From contig PQXC01000005.1 of NCBI GenBank assembly GCA_003194435.1, positions 30,110 to 94,109 of the forward strand: DNA of 64,000 bases, read 5' to 3'. Source of the stretch: Candidatus Methanophagaceae archaeon (GTDB lineage Archaea; Halobacteriota; Syntropharchaeia; Alkanophagales; Methanospirareceae). Shown in pieces: positions 27,323 to 37,308 of the stretch. The notes under the pieces were generated by a model, which was not told where the DNA came from, did no database searches, and saw only the letters and a program-made list of their open reading frames with translations. How positions within the stretch are numbered: position 1 is the stretch's first letter; every line of letters begins with the position of its first letter. Made by a program: the position numbers and the translations under genes.

Positions 27323-28210
27323 ATGAAAGTTTTCATTACCGGTGGAAGCGGTTTATTAGGGGGTAAGGTTGCGGAAATAGCAGAGGATAACCGGGGGTAT
27401 GAAGTTTATACAGGGTATTGTCATACCAAGCCAGAATTTGGAGAGCCTGTGAAGTTTGATTTGACCAGGAACAAGGACTTAGAGGTTATTTACAAGATAA
27501 AACCAGAAATTATAATCCATACTGCGGCACTAACGGATGTTGATGCTTGTGAAACAGATAAGAAGTTGGCTTATGAGATTAATGCAGAAGGTACAAGAAG
27601 AATAGCAGAATTTGCGAACGAATTTGGAGCTTTTTTAGTGTATGTGTCAACAGATTATGTATTTTCAGGAGATAAAGGGATGTATAGGGAAGAGGATGAG
27701 CCGAATCCAATAAATTTTTATGGACGTACAAAATTACTGGGTGAGAAATATTGCAATTGTATAGCATGTATAGCAAGACCCTGCGTTATCTACGGTGCGA
27801 GACCAGCAAGTGGGAAGGTGAATTTTGCATTGTGGCTTATAGATAAGCTCAGGCTCGGAGAAGAGGTGAAAATTGTTACAGACCAATTTATAACACCAAC
27901 TTTGAATACGAATTTAGCGAGGATGCTGTTAGAAGTGACAGAAAGAGAACTAAAAGGGATATTCCACTTAGCAGGAGCGACAAGAGTTTCGAGATATGAA
28001 TTTGCATTGCGAATTGCCAACAAATTTGGATTGGATAAAAATTTAATATTACCAGTGAGAATGAGGGAAATGAAATGGATTGCCTCTCGTCCTAAAGATT
28101 CATCTCTGGATACATCAAAAGCATCAAGATACTTAAAGGAAAAGCCTTACGATTTAGATAAGGCATTAGGGGTTTTAAAGGAGGAGATTGGAAAAAGCTC
28201 CAAAGGGTGA
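27323..28210 (+). CDS. rfbD: dTDP-4-dehydrorhamnose reductase
   Basis: 295 aa. Shows 'VFITGGSGLLG', 'HTAALTDVDACE', 'YVSTDYVF' and 'YGRTKLLGE'. Confidence 0.85.
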   Translation: MKVFITGGSGLLGGKVAEIAEDNRGYEVYTGYCHTKPEFGEPVKFDLTRNKDLEVIYKIKPEIIIHTAALTDVDACETDKKLAYEINAEGTRRIAEFANEFGAFLVYVSTDYVFSGDKGMYREEDEPNPINFYGRTKLLGEKYCNCIACIARPCVIYGARPASGKVNFALWLIDKLRLGEEVKIVTDQFITPTLNTNLARMLLEVTERELKGIFHLAGATRVSRYEFALRIANKFGLDKNLILPVRMREMKWIASRPKDSSLDTSKASRYLKEKPYDLDKALGVLKEEIGKSSKG

Positions 28211-28267
28211 CAGAAAAATACAAACACATTAAAAACACTTAAATATAATGAAGTAGTAAATTTATGA

Positions 28268-28498
28268 GTGGTGATAAAGATGGTTGAGATTTTGCTAAAA
28301 TTCCCGGAGGATCTCAGGTGGATATTGAAGAGCAAAGAGAGTGTAAAGTTTTTGGAGTCGGTATTAATTCAAAAGCTATGCGAGATAAAAATAGGTGATA
28401 TATTGGCAGAGAAGAGCGAGTTAAAAGAGGAGGATATCGATGTGTTGGATCATCTGATCAAGGAAGGGATATTTAAAAGAATAAAGGAAATAGAATGA
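28268..28498 (+). CDS. Putative antitoxin partner of the downstream PIN gene
   Basis: Small ORF (likely start at the ATG at 28280) that overlaps the PIN gene start by 4 nt. No family is recognised; the call rests on position and size. Confidence 0.4.
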   Translation: MVIKMVEILLKFPEDLRWILKSKESVKFLESVLIQKLCEIKIGDILAEKSELKEEDIDVLDHLIKEGIFKRIKEIE

Positions 28499-28908
28499 AA
28501 TTTGTCATAGATACAAATATTCTCTTTTCTGCAATGGTCAAGAAATCTATCACGAGAAAGATAATTCTTAGCGATGCTTTCGAGTTATATGTTCCCGAAT
28601 ATTTGTTTGAAGAAATAAATAAGCATAAGGAGTTGATTTTGAGAAAGGCAAAAATTAGCGACAGAGATTTTATCGCATTATTAACGTTGTTCCAAAAGCA
28701 TACGAAGATAGTCAAAAAAGAGTTTTATCAGGATAAAATTCCCGTAGCAGAAGAAGCAATGAAAGAAATAGACATAACAGATTCTCCCTTTTTGGCTACA
28801 GCCTTAGCATTGAATTGGCCAATATGGTCAAACGATGGACATTTTAAGCAGCAGAATTTGGTTAAAGTTTATACTACAAATGAAATATTGGAACTTTTAA
28901 GAAGATGA
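28495..28908 (+). CDS. PIN-domain toxin (VapC-like)
   Basis: 137 aa. Shows 'KFVIDTNILFSAM', '...PEYLFEEI', '...DITDSPFLATALALNWPIWSNDGHF' (acidic PIN residues). Confidence 0.75.
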   Translation: MKFVIDTNILFSAMVKKSITRKIILSDAFELYVPEYLFEEINKHKELILRKAKISDRDFIALLTLFQKHTKIVKKEFYQDKIPVAEEAMKEIDITDSPFLATALALNWPIWSNDGHFKQQNLVKVYTTNEILELLRR

Positions 28909-28923
28909 GAATGAGAAGATGGA

Positions 28924-29451
28924 ATGGAGTGCACCCAGAAAATGCTCAAAGGAATAGAAGTTAAACCTCTAAGGAGATTTGCAGACGAGCGAGGATTCTT
29001 TACGGAGATAATGAGGAGGGACTGGGGAGATTTATTTGAAGATGATGAAGAGGAGATTGTGCAAGCGAATTTTTCAATAAGTTATCCGGGGGTGGTGAGG
29101 GCATGGCATCGCCACCTGAGGGGTCAAGTAGATTGTTTTGTAGTTTTAAAAGGGGCGATGAAGATATGTGCATACGATGATGAGACTAAGGAACTGGATG
29201 AGATTGTTTCGACTGGTGAGAATCCACAAGTTGTAAGGATTCCTGGTCATTACTGGCATGGATTCAAGGTAGTTGGAGAAGAGCGAGCATATCTGGTTTA
29301 TTTTGTAAATCGACTGTACGATTACGAGAATCCCGATGAGGAGAGGAGACCATGGGATGATAAAACAATTGTGCCAAAGATAATAAATGGAAAAAAGGAT
29401 GATATAAGATGCAATAAGCCCTGGGACTGGTTCTATATACCGTATAAGTAG
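28924..29451 (+). CDS. rfbC: dTDP-4-dehydrorhamnose 3,5-epimerase
   Basis: 175 aa cupin. Shows 'FADERGFFTEIMR', 'QANFSISYPGVVRAWHRH' and 'IPGHYWHGF'. Confidence 0.85.
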   Translation: MECTQKMLKGIEVKPLRRFADERGFFTEIMRRDWGDLFEDDEEEIVQANFSISYPGVVRAWHRHLRGQVDCFVVLKGAMKICAYDDETKELDEIVSTGENPQVVRIPGHYWHGFKVVGEERAYLVYFVNRLYDYENPDEERRPWDDKTIVPKIINGKKDDIRCNKPWDWFYIPYK

Positions 29452-29503
29452 CACAGTAACAGTAGCCATAGTAAAATTGTGTGTGAGAGGGTAAACAAAT
29501 GGA

Positions 29504-30625
29504 ATGAGGATACTATATCTCACAAAGAAATATCCTGATGCATCAGGTGGTGATGCTGTTGTTGTAGCCAACTTAGAAGAAGAACTAACAAAGAAGGGGC
29601 ATGAAGTTCTTATTCTCACATCGAATTGTCCAGAAATTAAAGAAAAAGAAAAAGTATTCAAGTTTGGATTGAAAGATAAAGCAACCAATTTAGACAGAAT
29701 AACGATTCGCAGGGTTATATCTTTAATTATCCTGTTCTTTTGGGGATTGAAATACTTAAGGCGATTGAAGCCGGAGGTGATACATTCACATTCTGCGGAT
29801 TTGGGATTCTTTATTTCTTTATCCGCCAGACTATACCGCATTCCAGTTGTAAATACATGTCATGGAGTTTCCTTTATAGATAAACAACACAGTTTCATAA
29901 AGAGATTTGCAGAGATTTTTTTCCTGAAGCATGCAGGATTCAAGAAGATTATAGTGGTTGACAAGAACAATTTGAGAGATTTTGAGGAAGCAAAGATTAA
30001 GAATGGGGTATATATTCCAAATGGTGTGGACATAGGGAGATTGAGATTTGATAAAGAGAAATCGGAGCGGCAAAAAAATCAAGATTTTAGATTTTTATTT
30101 GTAGGTAGATTAGAGGAGCAAAAAGGCGTCAAGTATCTTATTCATGCAGCGAGGATTTTGATAGAGCAGACGAAATTTTTTCGGGTTCTATTAGTCGGCG
30201 ATGGTTCTCAACGAGAGATGCTGGAGAATTTAACAAAAGAATATAAGTTAGGGAGCTATGTGACATTTCTGGGGCGAGTAGAGGATGAGAAGTTGATAGA
30301 ATTATACTGCACAAGTGATGCATTTGTATTGCCTTCACTCTGGGAAGGCTTGCCATTGACCCTGTTAGAGGCTTGGGCAGCGAGACTCCCGGTGATTGTT
30401 ACAGATGTCGGTGGTATTTCAGGTATTTGTGTGGACGGTGTGAACGCGTTGATCGTGAGGCCTAAGGATCCAGAGAACATAGCAGAAGCTATGTTGAGAC
30501 TGGTCGAAGATGAAGAACTAAGGCGTAAATTAGGTAAAAATGGTGAGGAACTCGTGATGAGTAATTTTTCTCTGGACAAAGTGGTTATGAGCACGTTGGA
30601 CCTATATAAAGAGATAGTGGCTTAG
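29504..30625 (+). CDS. GT4 glycosyltransferase
   Basis: 373 aa. Shows 'FVLPSLWEGLPLTLLEAWAARLPVIVTDVGG'. Confidence 0.85.
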   Translation: MRILYLTKKYPDASGGDAVVVANLEEELTKKGHEVLILTSNCPEIKEKEKVFKFGLKDKATNLDRITIRRVISLIILFFWGLKYLRRLKPEVIHSHSADLGFFISLSARLYRIPVVNTCHGVSFIDKQHSFIKRFAEIFFLKHAGFKKIIVVDKNNLRDFEEAKIKNGVYIPNGVDIGRLRFDKEKSERQKNQDFRFLFVGRLEEQKGVKYLIHAARILIEQTKFFRVLLVGDGSQREMLENLTKEYKLGSYVTFLGRVEDEKLIELYCTSDAFVLPSLWEGLPLTLLEAWAARLPVIVTDVGGISGICVDGVNALIVRPKDPENIAEAMLRLVEDEELRRKLGKNGEELVMSNFSLDKVVMSTLDLYKEIVA

Positions 30626-30636
30626 TACTTCTACTT

Positions 30637-31587
30637 CTACCTGTACTTCCCGTACATTGTGAATTTTTTAAGCATTCTTTCTGGCAGATATTTAGAATGT
30701 AAACCAAGCCAAAACCCCGTAGCCTCGATGAAGTGTCTGATTATAGCTTTTGGTATCCATTTGATCATAGATGGGAGATTGTATCCTGTTTGTCTCATAA
30801 AACTCAAATCCAGCATGGTCACAGTCATTACAAAGAGGGGTATTAATGGCAAATATACGTTGTTATTATCCTTGAAGACCTGCTTATGCGCGGTGCCGGC
30901 ATCGAAATACCTCTTAAACAGTTGTTTTAAAGAATAGTTATGGGAATGATAAACCACCGATTCTGGTTCATATACAATCTTATATCCAGCTTCTAAGACT
31001 CTTTTCGACCAATCTTGATCTTCAGCCATTATCAGGTTTTCAGAAAAAGGGAACTTTTCCCACACATCCTTTCGTATGCAGGAACTGATATTGGAAAAGA
31101 ACACGATTTTTTTGTAATGCCTTTTATATTCCCCATAATCCGTTATTTCTTTTATTTCCCTCTCGGCACCCCATGCCTTTGCAATATATCTTGCTTCAAA
31201 AGGGTCGCAGTTAGATTTTGGGATGGTTCTACCGTAAACACCGGCAACCTTCTCATCTTCATCCGTTTCCATGTTTTTGAGAAGCGAATCCAGCCAATTC
31301 TCATTTGCAGGTATGGCATCCTGTGTAAGGTACACAAGATACCTGCCCTTTGCCAGACCTGCGCCAAGATTTCTTGTCTTCCCGTGCCCGAACTCCTCAG
31401 GCTCGATTTTTATCAGCCTCACAGGATATTTAGCAATAATTTTAAGTGTAGTGTCGGTAGAAGCGGAATCAATCACAATGACCTCATACCTGTACTTCGT
31501 TTTCTGCGTGAATATACGGGAGAGAGTTTTATCAAATTCATTGCCAGCGTTTTTTGTGGGGATAATAATAGAAACATCAATTTGCAT
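30637..31587 (-). CDS. GT2 glycosyltransferase (rhamnosyltransferase-like)
   Basis: The start is taken at the internal Met 'MQIDVSIIIPTKNAG' (cat at 31585-31587). Shows 'VIVIDSASTD' and 'LTQDAIP'. Confidence 0.8.
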   Translation of the reverse strand: MQIDVSIIIPTKNAGNEFDKTLSRIFTQKTKYRYEVIVIDSASTDTTLKIIAKYPVRLIKIEPEEFGHGKTRNLGAGLAKGRYLVYLTQDAIPANENWLDSLLKNMETDEDEKVAGVYGRTIPKSNCDPFEARYIAKAWGAEREIKEITDYGEYKRHYKKIVFFSNISSCIRKDVWEKFPFSENLIMAEDQDWSKRVLEAGYKIVYEPESVVYHSHNYSLKQLFKRYFDAGTAHKQVFKDNNNVYLPLIPLFVMTVTMLDLSFMRQTGYNLPSMIKWIPKAIIRHFIEATGFWLGLHSKYLPERMLKKFTMYGKYR

Positions 31588-31710
31588 TATGTTAAACTGT
31601 ATTTGTCTTTCAGATAATAAAATAATCAAAGATTTGTGGAACAGGAACGGAAACGGGAGCATAAACAAAAACCTTTAATCTTTATATTCATCTTTTCATA
31701 AGTAATTGAA

Positions 31711-32490
31711 ATGCGGGTATTGGCAATGTTCAGCTATCTAAAGCAAGTGGACCTCATAAGAACTCTTACAGCATCCGAGTTTAAGCTGAGATACAGAGGC
31801 TCTTTGTTAGGTGTGGGCTGGTCTTTAGTAAGTCCTTTTTTGCTTGCCATCGTTTTATATTTTGTATTCAGCAACGTATTTCGATTTGAGGTGGAGAACT
31901 TCGCTTTTTATTTGTTAATAGGCATTTTTGTATTCAGATTTCTATCAATAGGTACTTCAGTAGGCATGATGTCAATAATAAACAAAGCGCATGTAGTGAC
32001 AAAAACATCCATACCAAGAGAAATACCCACTATTACAACCACATTGTCTTATTTCTTCAGCTCGTTTATTGAGCTGCTCATTTTAATACCCATACTGGTT
32101 TTTTTTGGAGTGAAAATGGGCTTGCCGATATTATTGCTCCCGGTACTTCACATAGTATATTTTTTATTAGTTTATGGCTTGAACCTGTTTCTATCAGCTT
32201 TTACGGTTTATTACAGGGATTTAAACCAGATATGGGAAGTGGTAGTGAATATTTTATTCTTCGCGAGTCCACTCGTGTATCCAATAAGCATAATTCCTGC
32301 GGATATACTGCCGATTTACATGCTAAATCCGATTACGAGGTTGATAGAGATGTATAGAAGTGTAATGCTTTACAACACTTTTCCTGATGTGATTGACTTT
32401 GGCTATGTCTTTATCTTTTCATGTCTGGTTTTTATAGTGGGGCATTTGGTTTTCAGGCGATTGCAAAGGAGGTTTGCAGAAGTGATTTGA
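31711..32490 (+). CDS. ABC-2 type polysaccharide exporter permease (Wzm/TagG-like)
   Basis: 259 aa with 6 TM segments. Shows 'EFKLRYRGSLLGVGWSLVSP'. Confidence 0.8.
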   Translation: MRVLAMFSYLKQVDLIRTLTASEFKLRYRGSLLGVGWSLVSPFLLAIVLYFVFSNVFRFEVENFAFYLLIGIFVFRFLSIGTSVGMMSIINKAHVVTKTSIPREIPTITTTLSYFFSSFIELLILIPILVFFGVKMGLPILLLPVLHIVYFLLVYGLNLFLSAFTVYYRDLNQIWEVVVNILFFASPLVYPISIIPADILPIYMLNPITRLIEMYRSVMLYNTFPDVIDFGYVFIFSCLVFIVGHLVFRRLQRRFAEVI

Positions 32491-32491
32491 A

Positions 32492-33241
32492 ATGATAGTA
32501 GGGCGAAATATCTCAAAGAAATTCAGAATCCCGAGCGAAAGGAGGAACACGTTATTTGAGGAAGTAGTAGCATTTGTAAAGGGTAAAAGGAGGTACGAAG
32601 AATTCTGGGCGTTAAAGAACGTTTCTTTTGAGGTCGAAGCAGGCGAAATCTTTGGTATCACAGGTCCGAACGGCTCTGGAAAGACCACTTTGCTTGCAAT
32701 TATCGCTAATATAATCTATCCAGACGGAGGGGAGATAATAGTTAATGGCAGGATAACGCCAATTCTCGCGCTGGGTGTTGGATTCAATCCGGAATTAACG
32801 GCACGGGAGAATGTTTATCTGTATGGTGCACTGATGGGCATGAAAAGGAAAAAGATGAAAGAGAAATACGAAGAAGTATTTGAATTTGCAGAACTCAAAA
32901 GATTTGAGAATATGAAATTAAAGAACTTTTCATCCGGGATGTATGCACGATTGGCGTTTTCAACGGCGGTGGCGACGGAGCCGGACATTTTACTCGTGGA
33001 TGAGGTGATGGCAGTGGGGGATATGGAATTTCAGCGTAAGTGCATAGACGAGCTAAATAAGCTCAATGATAACGGAACAACGATAGTTTTTGTGTCACAT
33101 GATGTAGAAACGGTGAGGAGTTTGTGCGGAAGGGCGATGTTCCTGAATAAGGGGGAAGTGATAGCGATAGGGGATGCGGAGGAAGTTGTGGATGCATATC
33201 TGGATTTTGTAGGGGATTTATATAAACACGAGGTGAAATAA
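32492..33241 (+). CDS. ABC polysaccharide exporter ATP-binding protein (Wzt/TagH-like, short form)
   Basis: 249 aa. Walker A is 'GPNGSGKTT', the signature is 'FSSGMYARLAF' and Walker B is 'ILLVDE'. Confidence 0.85.
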   Translation: MIVGRNISKKFRIPSERRNTLFEEVVAFVKGKRRYEEFWALKNVSFEVEAGEIFGITGPNGSGKTTLLAIIANIIYPDGGEIIVNGRITPILALGVGFNPELTARENVYLYGALMGMKRKKMKEKYEEVFEFAELKRFENMKLKNFSSGMYARLAFSTAVATEPDILLVDEVMAVGDMEFQRKCIDELNKLNDNGTTIVFVSHDVETVRSLCGRAMFLNKGEVIAIGDAEEVVDAYLDFVGDLYKHEVK

Positions 33242-33355
33242 TATATATAAAATTGTGTAAAAACAAAAAACAAAAAACAAAATAGAAATGTGCGCACGAG
33301 GTGGAGCGAAATAGGAAGCGTGTAAAAGGAGAAGATAAAGGATAAATGTTAGAAA

Positions 33356-33595
33356 ATGGAGAGCAGGGGCAAAATGCTTGAGCTTGAGTGGACAGGTGAA
33401 AGGTATCTACCTTTTGCGGACCTGAAGATAAGCGGGGCGGAGATACATTATGAGCATCTGCATAGGTATTACTTTGCATTGCATTTTGTAAAGGATAAAA
33501 AAGTCCTTGATCTAGCTTGTGGGGAAGGTTACGGAAGCAAGCTATATCTTATCAAATATCTTTTCAGAAAGCTTCGAAAGAACAGTAGTAAGTGA
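33356..33595 (+). pseudogene. N-terminal fragment of a class I SAM methyltransferase
   Basis: 'ERYLP...EHLHRYYFALHFVKDKKVLDLACGEGYGSKL' reaches SAM motif I. It then diverges into a short unrelated tail and a stop. Confidence 0.5.
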
Positions 33596-33622
33596 AAAAT
33601 TATCTAGGAGGATGAGGAAAAT

Positions 33623-34495
33623 ATGACTAACTTTTCTATTAATGAATATAAATCCATGTTCATGGAACCTCTAAGAATAGTTGAGCCAATATCCTGGATT
33701 AAGCACATTCCGTTTGCGTTTTTTATAATTGAACTTCTTAAGCCTAAAATAGTTGTGGAACTTGGCGTGCATACGGGTAATTCTTTTTCGGCATTCTGCC
33801 AAGCGGTAAAAAATCTCAACATAAAAGCATCCTGCTATGGTGTTGATACGTTCAAGGGCGACCCTCACGCAGGAGTTTATGATGAATCTGTGTACATTGA
33901 TATAAATAATTACATTACAGAGAATTATGGAGACTTTGCACAGCTTATGAGAATGACTTTTGATGAAGCTTTAGAGTACTTTAGTGACGGAAGCATTGAT
34001 TTGCTACATATTGATGGTTACCACACTTACGAAGCAGTAAAACACGACTTTGAAAGTTGGTTACCCAAAATGAGCGATAGAGGCGTTATTCTATTACACG
34101 ATACACAAGTAAGGAGAGATGAGTTTGGAGCTTGGAAACTGTGGGAGGAGATATCCCGGTTATATCCTTCTTATGAATTTAAATTTGGATATGGTCTTGG
34201 TGTTTTAGCTGTGGGTAAAAATGTTCCCGATGAAATAATAAAATTTATTGACGAAGCAAGAGAAATAATCTTTATTGAGCGCCTGTTTTTCACATTTGGA
34301 TCAAATATAGAATTTAGGACTCATATCCAGAGGCTTGAAGGAGAAGTAGCAGAAGTAAGGAAAACCGTCACGCAAAAAGACGAAAGGGTAAAGGATTTAG
34401 AAGGTGAAATAAATAAGATATTGCAGCTCAAATCAGTTAGACTGCATAGAAAGATAGAAGATATAAAAAAGAAGCTACGGATCAGACAAAAATGA
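33623..34495 (+). CDS. Class I SAM-dependent methyltransferase (Methyltransf_24-like) with a C-terminal coiled coil
   Basis: 290 aa. Shows 'VELGVHTGNSFSAFCQAV' and 'IDLLHIDGYHTYEAVKHDFESWLPKMSDRGVILLHD'. Confidence 0.65.
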   Translation: MTNFSINEYKSMFMEPLRIVEPISWIKHIPFAFFIIELLKPKIVVELGVHTGNSFSAFCQAVKNLNIKASCYGVDTFKGDPHAGVYDESVYIDINNYITENYGDFAQLMRMTFDEALEYFSDGSIDLLHIDGYHTYEAVKHDFESWLPKMSDRGVILLHDTQVRRDEFGAWKLWEEISRLYPSYEFKFGYGLGVLAVGKNVPDEIIKFIDEAREIIFIERLFFTFGSNIEFRTHIQRLEGEVAEVRKTVTQKDERVKDLEGEINKILQLKSVRLHRKIEDIKKKLRIRQK

Positions 34496-36303
34496 ATAAC
34501 GAGACGGAGATTAAAATCGATGTAATAATCGTAACGTATAATTCAAGAAAATGGATTTCTAACTGTTTAGAATCTATCTCTAAATCAAACTATCCGAAGG
34601 AAAGAATTTCTGTTGTAATAGTTGACAATTCTTCTTCAGATGGGACTTGTGAGATGCTCGATAATTATAATAGTCCTTTTGGCTCATTCAAGCTTATAAG
34701 AAACGAAAAAAATTTGGGTTTTGGAAAGGCAAATAATATAGGAGCCAAACATGCAATTTCTGAGTGTTTATTCTTCTTAAACCCCGATACCGAGATTCAT
34801 GAAGATGCAATAAGGGAACTAATGTTTTGTTTTGAAAATGATGGAGAAGATATTGCTTTATGGGAATTGCGCCAATTTCCTTATGAACATCCGAAATATT
34901 ACAATCCTGTCACTTTAGAGACTTCATGGTCAAGCGCGGCTGCATGCATGGTTAGAAAGTCAGCCTTTACTGAAATTGGAGGATTTGATGAAAATATTTT
35001 TATGTATTGTGAAGATGTAGATCTTAGCTGGAGATTGAGATTAAATGGCTATAAATTAAAATATGTTCCTAAAGCTATCGTTTATCATTACTGCTATGAA
35101 GGTGCTGATGTAACAAGACCCACCCGATTTTATAACAGCATCAAATACAACATTCTCCTTAGATACAAATTTGGTAATTTAAAAGATGTTTTGAGAGGGT
35201 ACCTACAATTAATTAAGCTTATTTCAGGGCATGAACAATTTCCTGGCTCACGTAAAGGACTTTTAAAAATATTTTTAGTGCATTTCTGTGAGGTTACACC
35301 CTTTTTATTCTGGAAAGTCAATAATAAGAAAAAGTTAAAGAGTTTAAATAGAAAATTTCTGGAGTGGGATTATGAAATAAGAAGGGACAGGGCTTTCTAC
35401 TTTAATAAATTGCCGAATTCTAAACCACTGGTGTCGGTTGTGATAAGAACCATAGGCAGACCCACTATTTTAAAAGAGGCGTTAATTAGTATACGAAATC
35501 AAACTTATCAAAATATAGAAGTAATAATTGTTGAAGACGGATCTGAAATTTCTAAATCCCTGATTTTTAAAGAATTCCAAGATTTGAATATTAAATATTT
35601 CAGTACTAAAGAAAGAATTGGTAGATGCAAGGCAGGAAATCTGGGATTAGAGAAAACTAACGGAAAATATATTGTTTTCTTAGATGACGATGATGTATTT
35701 TTCCCTGAGCATATCGAAGTGTTGGTAAGTAACCTTGAAAATAATGAAGACTTTTTAGCAGCTTACTCCGTCTCTTTTGAGACTCCTATCGAAGTTGAAA
35801 GTATAAATCCTTACATTTCTTATAAGAAGTTATTTCATAATGTGATTTATCGACAGCCATTCAATAGGCTGTTGTTGTTTCACCACAATTATATTCCAAT
35901 TCAAACCATGATGTTTAATAGAAGACTTTATGAAGAATTGGGTGGTTTTGATGAGAACTTAGATTTACTGGAGGATTGGGATCTCTGGGTAAGATATTCG
36001 CTTAAGACCGATTTTCTATTTGTGCCCAAGTTGACCTCGATATATAGAGTTCCCGCGGATAGCGAAGAAAGAAGAAAGAGGTATTTAAGATTAAATGACG
36101 CTTTACAATCTGTTAGAGAGAAACATAAAAAATTAATTTTTAGCTCAGAAGTAGGTAAAATAGTATCCGAACTTGAAATGATAATGAATAGCTACCCCAT
36201 ACGCATTTCGGAAGAGACGATTCAAAAGATCCCTTTTTCATCATTTTTTGTTAAAATTCTAAGATATTTTAAGACTAAAGTTTCAAAGAGATTTGAGGTG
36301 TAG
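34492..36303 (+). CDS. Two-domain GT2 glycosyltransferase
   Basis: 603 aa with two GT-A modules ('IDVIIVTYNS...VDNSSSDGT...NPDTEI' and 'VSVVIRTIGRP...VEDGSE...LDDDD'). Confidence 0.8.
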   Translation: MNNETEIKIDVIIVTYNSRKWISNCLESISKSNYPKERISVVIVDNSSSDGTCEMLDNYNSPFGSFKLIRNEKNLGFGKANNIGAKHAISECLFFLNPDTEIHEDAIRELMFCFENDGEDIALWELRQFPYEHPKYYNPVTLETSWSSAAACMVRKSAFTEIGGFDENIFMYCEDVDLSWRLRLNGYKLKYVPKAIVYHYCYEGADVTRPTRFYNSIKYNILLRYKFGNLKDVLRGYLQLIKLISGHEQFPGSRKGLLKIFLVHFCEVTPFLFWKVNNKKKLKSLNRKFLEWDYEIRRDRAFYFNKLPNSKPLVSVVIRTIGRPTILKEALISIRNQTYQNIEVIIVEDGSEISKSLIFKEFQDLNIKYFSTKERIGRCKAGNLGLEKTNGKYIVFLDDDDVFFPEHIEVLVSNLENNEDFLAAYSVSFETPIEVESINPYISYKKLFHNVIYRQPFNRLLLFHHNYIPIQTMMFNRRLYEELGGFDENLDLLEDWDLWVRYSLKTDFLFVPKLTSIYRVPADSEERRKRYLRLNDALQSVREKHKKLIFSSEVGKIVSELEMIMNSYPIRISEETIQKIPFSSFFVKILRYFKTKVSKRFEV

Positions 36304-36307
36304 GTTT

Positions 36308-37282
36308 ATGCATGGAAAGGATATAAAAACAAAAATTTTAGAGAGCATCGTGAAGCACGTGCATTTTGACGAAGAGGAAATTGCTTCTTGGATAGCTAAA
36401 TTAATCCATAAATACAAATTTCATGAGGCTAATTATATCAAATATTTCACTTTTTGGGAGAAAAAAGGATTTCATATAACACCAAATCATTTTTACCAGC
36501 CGATCCCAGACACAAGAACTCTTAAAAACGATTTGTGGGAGAAAGAATCAGAACTCGTCGGTGTAGATATGAATACAGATTTGCAATTAGACCTTCTTCG
36601 AAATGTATTTCCAAGATATAGTGAAGAATACAACAACTTTCCACAAGAGAGGACCGATGTACCTTATGAATTCCACTTCAATAATGGTATGTTTGATGGA
36701 GTGGATGCGCTTGTATTGTATTGCATGGTACGTCACTTTAGACCAAAAATGATAATTGAGGTTGGTTCCGGCTACTCAACGTTTGTATCTGCCAAAGCCA
36801 GCTTACGAAATAGAAATACAAAACTCATGTGTATTGAACCGTATCCGAATGAGACTTTGAAACAAGGTTTTCCTGGCTTAACAGAGCTCATCACTAAAAA
36901 AGTTGAAGATATTAATTTGGATTTCTTCTCAAGGTTAGAAAGTGGTGATATTTTATTTATTGATACTTCCCATGTTATCAAGATAGGAGGAGATGTTAAT
37001 TTCCTTTATCTCGAAGTGATACCAAGATTGAAAAAAGGGGTTATTGTACATATCCACGATATTTTTTTTCCAAAGGAGTATCCAAAATCTTGGGTTTTAG
37101 ATGAATATCGCTTTTGGACTGAGCAATATCTTTTACAAGCCTTTTTAGCATTTAACACAGCCTTTGAAATTCTTTTTTGTAATAGCTACATGGGGTTAAA
37201 ATACCCTTCTGAAATGAAATCAACCTTTCCACATTCACCATGGTTGTATGGCGGTAGTATTTGGATTCGAAAAAATATGTAG
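36308..37282 (+). CDS. Class I SAM-dependent methyltransferase (Methyltransf_24-like)
   Basis: Taken from the ATG at 36308 of ORF 36293..37282. Shows 'IIEVGSGYSTFVSAKA' and 'DILFIDTSHVIKIGGDVNFLYLEVIPRLKKGVIVHIHDIF'. Confidence 0.6.
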   Translation: MHGKDIKTKILESIVKHVHFDEEEIASWIAKLIHKYKFHEANYIKYFTFWEKKGFHITPNHFYQPIPDTRTLKNDLWEKESELVGVDMNTDLQLDLLRNVFPRYSEEYNNFPQERTDVPYEFHFNNGMFDGVDALVLYCMVRHFRPKMIIEVGSGYSTFVSAKASLRNRNTKLMCIEPYPNETLKQGFPGLTELITKKVEDINLDFFSRLESGDILFIDTSHVIKIGGDVNFLYLEVIPRLKKGVIVHIHDIFFPKEYPKSWVLDEYRFWTEQYLLQAFLAFNTAFEILFCNSYMGLKYPSEMKSTFPHSPWLYGGSIWIRKNM

Positions 37283-37308
37283 AAATCGCAATTTTGTAAA
37301 GTTTTCAA

